NCBI GenBank assembly: GCA_036229005.1
Contig: JAZAMN010000039.1
Location: forward strand, 1-64,000
Direction: 5' to 3'
Origin: Myxococcota bacterium
GTDB taxonomy: Bacteria; Myxococcota_A; UBA796; CAJQPC01
DNA length: 64,000 bases
Shown here: positions 19,058 through 29,449 of the stretch, one piece after another
How positions within the stretch are numbered: position 1 is the first letter of the stretch
Layout of the letters: each line of letters opens with the position of its first letter
Made by a program: the position numbers and the translations under genes
Notes under the pieces: generated by a model
Seen by the model: only the letters and a program-made list of their open reading frames with translations
Told to the model about the DNA's origin: nothing
Databases searched by the model: none

Positions 19058-20761
19058 TCAGTTGGGGGCGGCCTCGGCGGGGGCGGCCTCCACCAGGTAG
19101 GGGCCGATCCAGAGCGCGTCCAGGCGGCCCTGCTTGAAGGCCCGGCAGGCGTCGCCGGGCGTGCACACGATCGGCTCTTCGTGCAGGTTGAAGCTGGTGT
19201 TCACCAAGGCGGAGAGCCCGGTGCGCTGCTTCCAGGCGCGCAGCAGCCCGTGCAGGCTGGGGTTGTCCTGCTCGCGCAGGAGCTGGGGGCGCGCGGTGCC
19301 GTCCACGTGGACCACGCCTGGGCAGTCCCGGGCGAACTCGGGGGTCGCGTCAAAGCAGACGGTCATGAAGCGGGCGCTGTCGCGGGCCTTGTCGACGCCC
19401 ACAAAGCACCGCTCGGCGTCCTCGTCCAGCACCACGGGGGCGAAGGGCATGAACTCGCTGCGCGAGAGCCGGGCGTTCAGCCAGTCGTTGGCCGAGGGGT
19501 CGTCGGGGCGCACCAGCAGGCTGCGGTTGCCCAGGGCCCGGGGGCCGAACTCCATGGCGCCGTCAAAGCGGGCGACCACCTTGCCGGCCTCGAGCAGGTC
19601 CAGCACGCGGGGCTGCACCTTGGCGCCCTTCTGGGGCCGCAGGCCCGCGACCGCGAGGGCGCGTCCGATGTCCTCGTCGGTGAACCGGGGGCCGAGGTAG
19701 AGGGACTCCAGGGTGCGAGGTGGTGCACCCGCAGAGGCCAGGGCCGCTCCCACAGCCAGCCCTCCATCCCCCATGTTGGGGAAGACCGACAGGGTGCTGA
19801 CGCAGTCCAGCTCGGCGATGCGCTGGTTGAGCTTCACGTTGGCGAACACCCCGCCGCAGACGGCCACGGTCGAGATGCCCGTGCGCCGGACGTGGTGGCG
19901 GACCAGGTCGCAGACGGCCTCCTCCAGGGTCTGCTGGGCGGCGGCGGCGATCTCCTCGCGGGAGTAGCGCTGGAGCGCGCGGTACCAGGGGTCCTGGGGG
20001 CTGTGGCGGCGCAGGTAGTTCTCGCGGGAGAAGCGGCCGCGGCGGAAGCTGAGCTTGTCCCGCATGTGCTCCAGCAGCTTGGGCGGGGGCGTGGCGAGGG
20101 CGGCGAGGCCGGTGACCTTGCCCTCGTGGCGGTTGGCCGTGAAGCCCAGCAGCTCGGTGATGCGGGAGTAGAAGGTGTTGATCGCCGCGAACCCCGACTG
20201 GCTCCACTGCAGCTCCAGCAGGCCGTTCCGCCCCACGTGGCAGCTCGCCGAGCGGCCGTCGCCCATCGCGTCCACCGTGAGCACCAGGCAGGTGGCGTGT
20301 TCCTGGGCGCGGTAGGCGGCCTGGGCGTGGGTGGTGTGGTGGTCCAGCACCTCGACCTGGGCCTTGCGGAAGCCGCGCAGGACCATGCGCTTGTCCAGCA
20401 GGCGGCGGCAGGCCTCGGCCTCCTGCATGTGCATGCCCGTGGAGCGCAGGGCCACCTGGTAGCTGATGTAGGCGTTGAGGGCGGGGTCGAACTGGCCGCC
20501 GCTGGCCTTGCGGCCGTGGTGCACCTCTGGGAAGCGGCGCAGGGCCCAGGAGGGCGTGAAGGCCGTGCCGAACACCACGCGGTCGATCTCGCGCGCCTTG
20601 ACCCCGGCCTGGTCCAGCACGGCGTCGATGGCACCCCAGGGGAAGGCCCCGGAGTTCTTGACCCGGTCGATGCGCTCCTGGGCGCAGGCCCCCACGAGCT
20701 GGCCGTCGGCGACCAGGGCAGCGCTGGCGTCGTGGTTGTCGGAGAGGCCCAGGATCAGCAT
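19058..20761 (-). CDS. Carbamoyltransferase (NodU/CmcH family)
   Basis: HDASAAL, HHTTHA, EGKVTGLA, GGVFANVKLN, EFGPRALGNRS, FMPFAP, HVDGTARPQ, NTSFN. Confidence 0.95.
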   Translation of the reverse strand: MLILGLSDNHDASAALVADGQLVGACAQERIDRVKNSGAFPWGAIDAVLDQAGVKAREIDRVVFGTAFTPSWALRRFPEVHHGRKASGGQFDPALNAYISYQVALRSTGMHMQEAEACRRLLDKRMVLRGFRKAQVEVLDHHTTHAQAAYRAQEHATCLVLTVDAMGDGRSASCHVGRNGLLELQWSQSGFAAINTFYSRITELLGFTANRHEGKVTGLAALATPPPKLLEHMRDKLSFRRGRFSRENYLRRHSPQDPWYRALQRYSREEIAAAAQQTLEEAVCDLVRHHVRRTGISTVAVCGGVFANVKLNQRIAELDCVSTLSVFPNMGDGGLAVGAALASAGAPPRTLESLYLGPRFTDEDIGRALAVAGLRPQKGAKVQPRVLDLLEAGKVVARFDGAMEFGPRALGNRSLLVRPDDPSANDWLNARLSRSEFMPFAPVVLDEDAERCFVGVDKARDSARFMTVCFDATPEFARDCPGVVHVDGTARPQLLREQDNPSLHGLLRAWKQRTGLSALVNTSFNLHEEPIVCTPGDACRAFKQGRLDALWIGPYLVEAAPAEAAPN

Positions 20762-20803
20762 GTGCAGCTCGGGTTTTGGGGGCGGATCATCTCACGCCCG
20801 CGC

Positions 20804-21913
20804 TCAGGGGCGGTACACCAGGATGCGCGCCCGCAGGTTGCCGTTGAAGACCCGAAGGTTGAGCTCCGGCTTCATGCCCCAGCCCTTGCCGGGGGAGTCG
20901 CCGCCGGCCAGGATCACGACGGTCCAGCCGCGGGCGTTGTCGCGGATCCACTGACCCAGCTCGCCGCGCATGGCCTGGTCTTCGTGCAGGCGCATGCCGT
21001 GCGGCGGGTTCATGCAGAGCAGGCCGGGGCGCGGGGGGAGGCGGGTGCCCAGGACGTGGCCCTGCTGGAGCTGCAGGTAGCTGGAGAGGCGGGCCGCCTT
21101 CGCGTTGTCCTCGCAGGCGTCCAGAGCCCGGGGCTCGATGTCGGCGCCATAGAGGCGGACCTTGGTGGACCCGGGTGCCTGGCCCTCCATCAGCTCCTTG
21201 AAGCCCTTGGCCTGGAAGCCGGGGAGGCGCTGGAAGGCGTAGGTGCGGGGGCGCGCGGCGGGGCGCAGACCCAGGGCCATGCGGCCGGCTTCGATCAGCA
21301 GGGTGCCGGAGCCGCACATGGGGTCGACCACGGGGCCCTTGAAGTCCCAGCCGCTGGCCAGGATGCAGGCGGCCGCCAGGGTCTCGCGCATGGGCGCGGG
21401 GGTGGTGGAGACGCGGTAGCCGCGGTGGTCCAGGGACAGCCCGCTGGTGTCCAGCAGCAGGGTGGCCTGGTTGCGGTACAGGCGCACGCGCAGGCGCAGA
21501 TCCGGGTCATCGCGGTCGACGTCGGCGCGCTCTCCCCAGCGGTCCCGCTGGTGGTCCACCAGGGCGTCCTTGCAGATCAGCGCGACCTGCTGGGCGTTGT
21601 CCATCTCCGAGGCGGCGGTGCTGGCCCGGAACGCGAAGGTGGAGCGGGGGTGGAAGAGGGAGGAGTCATCGTCCTTGAGCAGCTTGCGCAGCCCACCGTA
21701 GAGCCGCTCCTTGCGCGCGCCGGACCAGGATCCCAGCTCGACGAGGACCCGGTTGGCGGTCCGCAGCCAGAGGTTGGCCTTCCAGACGCCGGGCCAGTCG
21801 GACTCGAAGCCCACGGCGCCGACGCCGGGCTTGTCCGGGGCCAGCCCCAGCTTGGTGAGCTCGGCGGCCAGGAGGTCTTCCAGGCCCTTGGCGCAGGTGG
21901 CGACGCAGTGCAT
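20804..21913 (-). CDS. THUMP-domain class I SAM-dependent RNA methyltransferase (RlmL-like)
   Basis: RTANRV, SLDHRGYR, APMRETLAA, DPMCGSGT, NPPHG. Confidence 0.9.
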   Translation of the reverse strand: MHCVATCAKGLEDLLAAELTKLGLAPDKPGVGAVGFESDWPGVWKANLWLRTANRVLVELGSWSGARKERLYGGLRKLLKDDDSSLFHPRSTFAFRASTAASEMDNAQQVALICKDALVDHQRDRWGERADVDRDDPDLRLRVRLYRNQATLLLDTSGLSLDHRGYRVSTTPAPMRETLAAACILASGWDFKGPVVDPMCGSGTLLIEAGRMALGLRPAARPRTYAFQRLPGFQAKGFKELMEGQAPGSTKVRLYGADIEPRALDACEDNAKAARLSSYLQLQQGHVLGTRLPPRPGLLCMNPPHGMRLHEDQAMRGELGQWIRDNARGWTVVILAGGDSPGKGWGMKPELNLRVFNGNLRARILVYRP

Positions 21914-21947
21914 GGGGGCCCCTTTAGCGCGGCCGGGGCGCCGGGGC

Positions 21948-22553
21948 CTACCCCAAGAGCAGCAGAGTGGCCCACACGGCCAGCACCAGCACCCCGAAGG
22001 GCACCTGCGTCAGCGCGCGCTCCCGGTAGACGCTGCGCTGGGCGTGCCAGCCGGCGAACACCACCATGGCCCCGTAGACCAGGGTGAACGCCGCGCCCAG
22101 GGCGGTCGGTGGGCCCAGGGCCTTGGCCAGGTCGTTGGGGTCTCCCGAGAGCCACTGGAAGAGCTGGTAGCTGGGCTCCAGGAGCGGGGTGACCACACCC
22201 CACACAAAGAGGAAGCCCGCCCAGAACGGGGTCTTGGGTGGCCGGGTGACGGCGAGGACCGTGAGGGCCAGACCGACCCCGAGCCCGGTCAGCGAGGGCG
22301 CGACGGAGACCCAGAAGCTGGCGCTGGGGTGGGGGCTGGGGAGGGTGTAGGACATGTGCCCCCAGCTCCCGTTCCCGGGCAGCACCCAGATATGGCCGAT
22401 CTCCGCCCCGAAGGCCTTGGCCGCGGCGGCGTGGGCCAACTCGTGGCAGGTGGTCACGAAGATCGCCATGGGGACGGCCAGCAGCAGGTGGACGGCGTGG
22501 GCGCGCAGGTAGCGCCAGAGCTCGGAGGCGACGGCGCGGGGGCGGTCGCTCAC
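21948..22553 (-). CDS. Membrane protein, M50-like metallopeptidase
   Basis: GTGA overlap with the kinase stop. HELAH inside a TM segment and several other TM segments. Confidence 0.6.
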   Translation of the reverse strand: MSDRPRAVASELWRYLRAHAVHLLLAVPMAIFVTTCHELAHAAAAKAFGAEIGHIWVLPGNGSWGHMSYTLPSPHPSASFWVSVAPSLTGLGVGLALTVLAVTRPPKTPFWAGFLFVWGVVTPLLEPSYQLFQWLSGDPNDLAKALGPPTALGAAFTLVYGAMVVFAGWHAQRSVYRERALTQVPFGVLVLAVWATLLLLG

Positions 22554-23593
22554 TCGGGCAGCCGGACCACGAAGCGCACGCCGCCGATGACGTTCTCGGC
22601 GCTCAGCTCCCCCTGGTGGGCGTTCACGATGCGCCAGGCCTCGCTCAGTCCCAGGCCCGTGCCCCCCTCCCGGGTGGTGGAGAAGGGGTCGAAGATCCGC
22701 TCCAGCTCGGTCTCCGGGATGGGCGGTCCGTTGTTCCACAGCACCATCCCCCAGGGCTGGGCCTGCAGCGCCAGGAAGCCGCCCTGCTCCAGGGCCTGGA
22801 GGGCGTTCAGGCCGATGGCCAGGGCCACCTGGACGAGCTGCTCTTCGTCCGCGAGCACGGTGCCGGCCTCGTCGGTGGTGAGCATCAGCTCGGTGCCCTG
22901 CCGGCTGGCCTGGGCGCGCAGCAGCTCCTGGACGCGCTCCAGCACGGCGCCGGTCTGCACGGGCGCGACCTGCGGTGGGGTCTTGCCGGCGAAGCGCAAG
23001 AAGCGCCCCAGCAGGGTGCTGAGGCGATCGATCTCCTGCAGCAGGGACTTGCCCATGCGGGCCTCGGGGGCGTGCTCGGGCACCGCGTCCAGCAGGATCT
23101 CGGCGCTGCCGCGCATGGCGTGCAGAGGGTTCCGGATCTCGTGGGCCAGTCCGGCGGTGAGCTGCCCCAAGGACTCCAGGCGAGCGGCGCGGCTCAGGCG
23201 CTGCTGCTGCTCGCGGACCTGGGCCGCCAGCGCCGCCTGGCGGTCGAAGAGGCTGCCCGAGAAGCCCCCGATGAGCAGGTAGAAGCCCATCTCCAGCAGC
23301 TTCTCGGAGCCCTGTCCGGGGTCCCCGTGGTGGCTCTGGCCGAACACATCCGGGAGCGCGTGGGGGAGGTAGACCCCGATGGTCAGCGCGGCCACCGCCA
23401 GGCCCCCTTGGACCCCGGCGTGCCAGGCCCCCAGGATGATGGGCACGTAGAAGAGCCGGCGCGCGACGTCGTGCACCCAGTGGAGCTGGTGGGGGGCGCC
23501 GTAGTGCATGCCGGCGATGGCGAGCAGAGGCAGCCACACCTGCCAGAGGGCGGGCAGGGTGAGCAGCCAGCGGGCCCCGCGGGGGGCGCTCAA
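22550..23593 (-). CDS. Sensor histidine kinase (NtrB-type) with His-rich membrane sensor
   Basis: AHEIRNPL, NALQA, FDPFSTT, GTGLGL. N-terminal TMs carry HWVHD and HHGD. Confidence 0.92.
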   Translation of the reverse strand: MSAPRGARWLLTLPALWQVWLPLLAIAGMHYGAPHQLHWVHDVARRLFYVPIILGAWHAGVQGGLAVAALTIGVYLPHALPDVFGQSHHGDPGQGSEKLLEMGFYLLIGGFSGSLFDRQAALAAQVREQQQRLSRAARLESLGQLTAGLAHEIRNPLHAMRGSAEILLDAVPEHAPEARMGKSLLQEIDRLSTLLGRFLRFAGKTPPQVAPVQTGAVLERVQELLRAQASRQGTELMLTTDEAGTVLADEEQLVQVALAIGLNALQALEQGGFLALQAQPWGMVLWNNGPPIPETELERIFDPFSTTREGGTGLGLSEAWRIVNAHQGELSAENVIGGVRFVVRLPE

Positions 23594-24912
23594 TCGCCCT
23601 CCAGGCCGTACTTCTCGATGCGGTAGGCCAGGATGTGCCGGGGGACCGACAGGGCCCGCGCCGCCTGGCTGACGTTGCCGTCCGCCTGCTCCAGGAAGTG
23701 CCGGATGACCTCGGCTTCGATGTCGATCAGGCTGGTCCCTGCAGGGATGTGCTCCAGCCAGCTCTGGGAGGTGGGCCCAGGTGTGCGCCGCTCCGGGGGC
23801 AGCTCCTCCTCCTGCACCTGCTGCCCGGTGGCCAGGATGGCGAGGCGCTCACACAGGTTGCGCAGCTCCCGCACGTTGCCCGGGAACCGCCTCGCCTTCA
23901 GCGCCCGGATGGCGCCTGGGCTCAGGGTCAGGCGGTGGCTGGCGAAGCTGTCCAGGAAGGCCTGGGCCAGCACGGGGATGTCGTCTGGGCGCTCGCGCAG
24001 CGGCGGCAGCTCCACCCGGACCACGTCCAGGCGGAAGAGCAGATCCTCTCGGAAGCTCCCTGCCGCGACCAGCGCGTCCAGGTCCTGGTGGGTCGCCGCA
24101 AGCACCCGCAGATCCACGGGCTGCTCTCGGTCGCTGCCCAGCACGGGGACCTGTCCCTCCTGGAGCACCCGCAGCAGCTTGGCCTGCACGGGGAGGGGGA
24201 GCTCACCGACTTCGTCCAGCAGCAGCGTGCCCCCATCGGCGGCCCGGAAGCGCCCCAGCCGGGCCTCCCGCGCGCCGGTGAAGGCCCCCGCCTGATGCCC
24301 GAAGAGCTCGGCCTCCAGCAGCTCGGCGGGGATGGCTGCGCAGGAGACCGCCACGAAGGGTCCCTGGGCTCGGCGCGAGCGCGCGTGGATGCGACGCGCG
24401 ATCAGCTCCTTCCCCGTCCCCGACTCCCCCAGGATCAGCACCGGTGCGTTGGCCTGGGCCACCCGGTCCACCAGCGCCAGGGTGCGCTTGAGGGGCTCCG
24501 AGTCCCCCAGGATGGGGCGCTCCACGGTGCTCAGGCGGGCGTTGTCCCGGCGCAGCCGCGCCGTCTCCAGGGCGCGCTTTGCCGAGAGGATGAGCTGGTC
24601 GCGGGAGAAGGGCTTCTCCAGGAAGTGCCAGGCCCCCGCCTTCATGGCGCCCACCGCGTTGTCCACGCTGCCGTAGGCCGTCACCACAAGCACCGGCAGG
24701 GCGGGCTGCAGCCGGAGCAGGGCCTCCAGCAGCTCCATCCCGCCCATGCGCGGCATCTGCAGGTCGGTGATCACCAGCTCGTGCCGCGTGGGATCGAAGC
24801 GCTCCAGCGCCTCCACCCCGTCCGCGGCCAGCTCCACCTGCAGCCCCGCCTTGCTCAGGTTGTGCTGCGCGATGTCCCGCAGGGTGGGGTCGTCGTCGAC
24901 GAAGAGGATCAT
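23590..24912 (-). CDS. Sigma54-dependent NtrC-family response regulator
   Basis: Receiver domain, [29 protein letters not shown], Fis HTH. Confidence 0.95.
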   Translation of the reverse strand: MILFVDDDPTLRDIAQHNLSKAGLQVELAADGVEALERFDPTRHELVITDLQMPRMGGMELLEALLRLQPALPVLVVTAYGSVDNAVGAMKAGAWHFLEKPFSRDQLILSAKRALETARLRRDNARLSTVERPILGDSEPLKRTLALVDRVAQANAPVLILGESGTGKELIARRIHARSRRAQGPFVAVSCAAIPAELLEAELFGHQAGAFTGAREARLGRFRAADGGTLLLDEVGELPLPVQAKLLRVLQEGQVPVLGSDREQPVDLRVLAATHQDLDALVAAGSFREDLLFRLDVVRVELPPLRERPDDIPVLAQAFLDSFASHRLTLSPGAIRALKARRFPGNVRELRNLCERLAILATGQQVQEEELPPERRTPGPTSQSWLEHIPAGTSLIDIEAEVIRHFLEQADGNVSQAARALSVPRHILAYRIEKYGLEGD

Positions 24913-27900
24913 GACTCAGCAGTAGCACGCGCCTGCTGCAGCCGGCGCATCAAGAGGTAGAGCACGGGCAGCACCACCAGCGTGAGCAGCGTGGAGCTGA
25001 GCAGTCCGCCCACCATGGGCGCGGCGATGCGCTTCATGACCCGGGTGCCGGTCTCGGTCCCCACCAGGATGGGCAGCAGCCCGATGGTGGTGGTCGCGAC
25101 GGTCATCAGCTTGGGGCGCAGGCGGTCCACGGCGCCCGCCATGATCGCCGCGTGCCGCTCGGCCGCGGACCTGAGCCCGCCGCGCTCCCCGGCGCTCTCC
25201 CAGGCCTCGTCCAGGTACACCAGCATCACCACGCCGGTCTCCGCGCTCAGGCCCAGCAGGGCGATGAAGCCCACGCCCACGGCCACCGAGAGCTTGAAGT
25301 CCAGGGCCCACAGCAGCCACACGCCGCCCACCGGCGCGAAGAGCACCGTCGACAGCAAGATCAGCAGCGGCCGGCCCCAGTCCCGGAAGTACAGCGTGAG
25401 CAGCAGCAGGATGCCCACCAGGGTCAGGGGGATCAGCCACGCCATGCGCGCCTTGGCCCGCTGCATGTACGCGTACTGCCCGCTCCACTCCAGGGACACG
25501 CCCGGGGGCCGGGGGATGGCCTCCGCCGCCGCCTGGAGCCGTGCCACGCTCCCGCCCAGGTCGTCATTGTCCAGGTCGATGAGCACCCAGCTCGTGGGCC
25601 GCGCGTTCTCGCTCTTGATCATCGGCGGGCCCTGGCTGAGCTCGATGTCCGCGAGTTGCGCCAAGGGCACGGTGTGGCCCATGGGGGTGGCCACCGGGAT
25701 GCGCGCGATGGCCTGGGGATCCGAGCGCAGCTCGCGGGGGAGGCGCAGGTTGATGGGCACCCGCTCCAGCCCCTCCACCGCCCAGCTCAGGTTCTGCCCC
25801 CCGATGCCGGAGCGCACGGTGTCCTGCACGTCGGCCACGCTCAGGCCAAAGCGCGCCGCGTCCATCCGGCGCACCTGGACGTCCAGGTAGTTGCCCCCCA
25901 CGGCCCGCTCCGCGTAGACCGAGGACACCCCGTCCACCTGCGAGAGCGCCGCCTCGAGCTGCCGGCCGTAGTCGCTGAGCACCTGCAGGTCATCGCCGCT
26001 CAGCTTGAGGCCCACCGGGGTCTTGATGCCCGTGGCCTGCATGTCCATGCGCGTCTTGATGGGCATGGTCCAGGAGTTGGTGAGCCCAGGGAAGCGCACC
26101 TGCTCGTTCAGCTCCGCCGCGATGTCCTCGATGGTCTTGCCCGCCGGCCAGGTCTCCTTGGGCGTGAGCTGGATGGTGGTCTCGATCATGGTCAGCGGCG
26201 CCGGATCCGTGGCGGTCTCCGCCCGCCCGACCTTGCCCAGGACGCCCTCCACCTGGGGGTGCGCCAGGATCAGCGCGTCCGTCTGCTGGAGCAGCTCCTT
26301 GGCCTTGGTCACGCTCAGGCCCGGCGGGGTCGTGGGCATGTAGAGGAGCGAGCCCTCGTTGAGGGGAGGCATGAACTCCGAACCGAGCTGGCTGGTGGGC
26401 CACAGGCTCACCGCTGACAGGATCCCGGCCCCAGCGAGGACAACCCAGGGTCGCCGGAGCGCCGCCTTGAGCAGGGGGCGGTAGGCCGCGATGCTCCACC
26501 GGCTCAGGGGGTTGTCGCTCTCGGAGGGCGCCTTGCCGCGGGTCAGCCACACCATCAGCGCCGGAATCAGGGTCACCGAGAGCAGCGCGGAGAAACCCAT
26601 CGCCAGGGTCTTGGTCCAGGCCAGGGGCCGGAACATGCGCCCCTCCTGCTGCTGCAGGCCGAACACCGGCGCGAAGCTCAGGGTGACGATCAGCAGCGAG
26701 AAGAACAGGGCCGGGCCCACCTGCGTGCAGGCGCGGATCACCGCCTCCCGGTGGCTCAGCTCGGGGTGGTGTTCGCGCTGCTTGTGCAGGTTCTCCACCA
26801 TCACCACCGAGGCGTCCACCATCACGCCGATCGCGATGGCGATGCCCCCCAGGGACATGATGTTGGCCCCCACGCCCAGCACCCGCATGCCCGCGAAGGC
26901 CGCGAGCACGCCTACGGGCAGCGACAGGATGGGCACCAGCGCCGAGCGGAAGTGCAGCAGGAAGAGCAGGCACACCAGCGCGACGACCGCCATCTCCTCC
27001 AGCAGCTTCACCCGCAGGGTGCGCACGGCGTCCTGGATCAGCGCGCTGCGGTCGTAGGCCACGTGGATCTCGACCCCCTGGGGCAGCGCCGGCTGGATGG
27101 CCTCCAGGCGCTCCTTGACCCCGGCGATCACCTCGATGGCATCGCCCCCCTGGCGCATCACCACGATGCCGCTGACGACCTCTCCCAGGCCGTTCCACTC
27201 GGTCAGCCCGCGGCGCAGCTCGGGCCCCACCTGCACGTGCGCGACCTGCTGCAGCAGGATGGGGGTGTGGGAGTCCTTGGCCATGCCCACCGGCAGCACC
27301 TCCAGGTCCTGGACCCCCTGGATGCGCCCCTCGCTGCGCACCATGAACTCGGTCTCGGCCAGCTCGACCACCCGCCCGCCGACGTCCTGGTTTCCCTCCT
27401 TCACGGCCTTGCGCACCGCGGACATGGGCAGCCCGAAGGCCCGCAGCTTCTCGGGGTCCACGACCACCTGGTACTGCTTGACGAAGCCGCCCACCGACGC
27501 GACCTCGGCCACGTCCTCCACTGCCATCAGGTCGTAGCGAAGCTGCCAGTCCTGCACCGAGCGGAGCTGCTGCAGGTCGACGCCCCGGAAGTTCGCCAGG
27601 GCCAGCCACTCGCTCTCGGACAGCCCGTCCTCGCCGTCGCGATCGAATGCAGCGAGGGTCTCGGGGGGGATCTCGGGCCAGGTGGTGGGGAGCTCACTCT
27701 CGCTCACCAAGCCGTCCTCATCCGCATCCCACTCAGAGCGCAGAGCCTGCGCCGTGGGGGTGGAGTCGGTCACCAGATACTGGAGCACCCAGCCCACCCC
27801 AGTCGCATCGGGTCCGAGCTGCGGGGTCACGCCCTCGGGGAGCTGCGCCTGGGCCACGCTCAGGGACTCCAGCACCCGCGAGCGCGCGTCGTACAGGGGC

Positions 27901-28229
27901 ATCCCGTCCTCGAAGACCACGTAGATCATCGAGAGGCCAAAGAAGCTGTAGCCGCGCACATCCTGGGACTGCGGCGTGGTCAGCAGCGCCGCGGACAGGG
28001 GGGTCGTGACCTGGTCCTGCACCACCTGGGGCGACTGGCCGGGGGCCTGCGTGACCACGATGACCTGGGTGTCGCTCAGGTCCGGGATGGCGTCCAGGGG
28101 CGTCTGCCGAGCCGCCTGGATCCCCAGCAGCGCCAGCACCGCGGCCAGCAGCACCACCAGGGCCGGGCGGTCGACGCTGGCCTGGATGGTCCGCGCGATC
28201 AGCCCATCGGAGGGCGCCTGGCCAGCCAT
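24909..28229 (-). CDS. cusA: CusA-type heavy-metal (Cu/Ag) RND efflux permease with an EF-hand insertion
   Basis: DAIPDLSD, GPDATGVGW, ANIMSLGGIAIAIG, EFMPPLNEG, MIETTI, RLRPKLMT. Confidence 0.93.
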   Translation of the reverse strand: MAGQAPSDGLIARTIQASVDRPALVVLLAAVLALLGIQAARQTPLDAIPDLSDTQVIVVTQAPGQSPQVVQDQVTTPLSAALLTTPQSQDVRGYSFFGLSMIYVVFEDGMPLYDARSRVLESLSVAQAQLPEGVTPQLGPDATGVGWVLQYLVTDSTPTAQALRSEWDADEDGLVSESELPTTWPEIPPETLAAFDRDGEDGLSESEWLALANFRGVDLQQLRSVQDWQLRYDLMAVEDVAEVASVGGFVKQYQVVVDPEKLRAFGLPMSAVRKAVKEGNQDVGGRVVELAETEFMVRSEGRIQGVQDLEVLPVGMAKDSHTPILLQQVAHVQVGPELRRGLTEWNGLGEVVSGIVVMRQGGDAIEVIAGVKERLEAIQPALPQGVEIHVAYDRSALIQDAVRTLRVKLLEEMAVVALVCLLFLLHFRSALVPILSLPVGVLAAFAGMRVLGVGANIMSLGGIAIAIGVMVDASVVMVENLHKQREHHPELSHREAVIRACTQVGPALFFSLLIVTLSFAPVFGLQQQEGRMFRPLAWTKTLAMGFSALLSVTLIPALMVWLTRGKAPSESDNPLSRWSIAAYRPLLKAALRRPWVVLAGAGILSAVSLWPTSQLGSEFMPPLNEGSLLYMPTTPPGLSVTKAKELLQQTDALILAHPQVEGVLGKVGRAETATDPAPLTMIETTIQLTPKETWPAGKTIEDIAAELNEQVRFPGLTNSWTMPIKTRMDMQATGIKTPVGLKLSGDDLQVLSDYGRQLEAALSQVDGVSSVYAERAVGGNYLDVQVRRMDAARFGLSVADVQDTVRSGIGGQNLSWAVEGLERVPINLRLPRELRSDPQAIARIPVATPMGHTVPLAQLADIELSQGPPMIKSENARPTSWVLIDLDNDDLGGSVARLQAAAEAIPRPPGVSLEWSGQYAYMQRAKARMAWLIPLTLVGILLLLTLYFRDWGRPLLILLSTVLFAPVGGVWLLWALDFKLSVAVGVGFIALLGLSAETGVVMLVYLDEAWESAGERGGLRSAAERHAAIMAGAVDRLRPKLMTVATTTIGLLPILVGTETGTRVMKRIAAPMVGGLLSSTLLTLVVLPVLYLLMRRLQQARATAES

Positions 28230-29449
28230 CAGCGCGCCTCCGTCATCTGGCGCAGGGCCTCCTGGAGCTGGCTCTCGGAGTCGATCAGGAACTGGCCGCT
28301 GAGCACGATCTCATCGCCCGCCTGCAGCCCGCTCCGGATCTCCGTCATGCGGCCGTCGCCCTGGAGCCCCAGCCCGACCTCCCGCGGCTCGAAGGTGCCC
28401 GCCGCCGCCTGGACGAACACGATGTCCCGGTTGCCGCTGCGCAAGATGGCCTCTCCGGGGACGGCGAGCACCTCCTGGGCCTGCTGCGCCTGGATGTCCA
28501 CCGTGGCGAACATGCCCGGCTTGAGGCGCACCCCCGGGTTCTCGAACTCCAGGCGCACGCGCAGGGTGCGGGAGAGGGGATCCAGGGTCGGGTACACGTA
28601 GGCCACCGAGCCCTGCAGCGTGGTGCCCGGCGCGTAGCTCAGGCTCAGCTCGGCCGGCTGGCCCACCTCGATCCAGGGCGCCTCGAACTCGTAGACCTCG
28701 GCCGTGACCCAGATGCTCTGCAGATCTCCGATGCGGTACAGCTCCTGGCCGGCCTGCACCGAGGCGCCCTCCACCACGGCCTTGGACAACACGAAGCCGG
28801 CCCCCGGCGCGCGGATGGGCAGGGTGCGTGAGGGCTCCCCGGCCTTGGCCACCCGCTGCAGGTCCTGGGCCGCGATGCCCCAGAGCTCGATGCGTCGCTG
28901 CGCCGACCGCGCGAGCTGGGAGTCCGAGCCCTGGGTCCGGATCGCCAGCAGGTACTCCTCCTGGGCCGCCACCAGCTCCGGGCTGTAGAGCTCAAAGAGC
29001 CGCTGCCCCACCTTGACCGGGTCCCCGGTGCGCTCCACGTAGACCTTCTCCACCCAGCCCGAGACCCGCAGACTGACCACGGACAGCTCGTCTTCTCCGA
29101 CCTCGACCTCGCCCAGCACGCGCAGGTGGCGGCTCAAGGTGGTGGGCTCCAGTCGCTGGGTGCGCACCCCCATGTTCTGCACCACGTGGGCGTCGATGTG
29201 CACCGCCTCGCCCCCGCTGTGCCCTTCGTGCCCACTGTGATCGGCGTGCCCGGCCTCGGGCTCCCCCGAGCGCTCCACAAGGTCCATCCCGCAGATCGGG
29301 CAGCTCCCGAACTCCTCGCGCAGGATCTCCGGGTGCATCGGGCAGGTCCACAGGGTCTGGGGCGCCTGCTCGGTCGCCTCGCTGTGGTCCGCGTGGGAGC
29401 CACAGCCCCACAGCACGCTCAAGGTCAGCAGCAGCCAGGTCAGCATCAC
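28229..29449 (-). CDS. cusB: CusB-type RND periplasmic adaptor with heavy-metal-binding domain
   Basis: WTCPMHP...CPICGMDL, His-rich linker, YSPELVAAQEEY, LKPGMF, GQFLIDSES. Confidence 0.92.
   Translation of the reverse strand: MMLTWLLLTLSVLWGCGSHADHSEATEQAPQTLWTCPMHPEILREEFGSCPICGMDLVERSGEPEAGHADHSGHEGHSGGEAVHIDAHVVQNMGVRTQRLEPTTLSRHLRVLGEVEVGEDELSVVSLRVSGWVEKVYVERTGDPVKVGQRLFELYSPELVAAQEEYLLAIRTQGSDSQLARSAQRRIELWGIAAQDLQRVAKAGEPSRTLPIRAPGAGFVLSKAVVEGASVQAGQELYRIGDLQSIWVTAEVYEFEAPWIEVGQPAELSLSYAPGTTLQGSVAYVYPTLDPLSRTLRVRLEFENPGVRLKPGMFATVDIQAQQAQEVLAVPGEAILRSGNRDIVFVQAAAGTFEPREVGLGLQGDGRMTEIRSGLQAGDEIVLSGQFLIDSESQLQEALRQMTEAR

Noticed and set aside
19030..19060. TGAGCGC...GCGCTCA inverted repeat between convergent genes (similar at 43783-43810)
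   Set aside because: Short GC-rich stems formed partly by the stop codons, with no U-tract. This is not enough to call a terminator or REP element.
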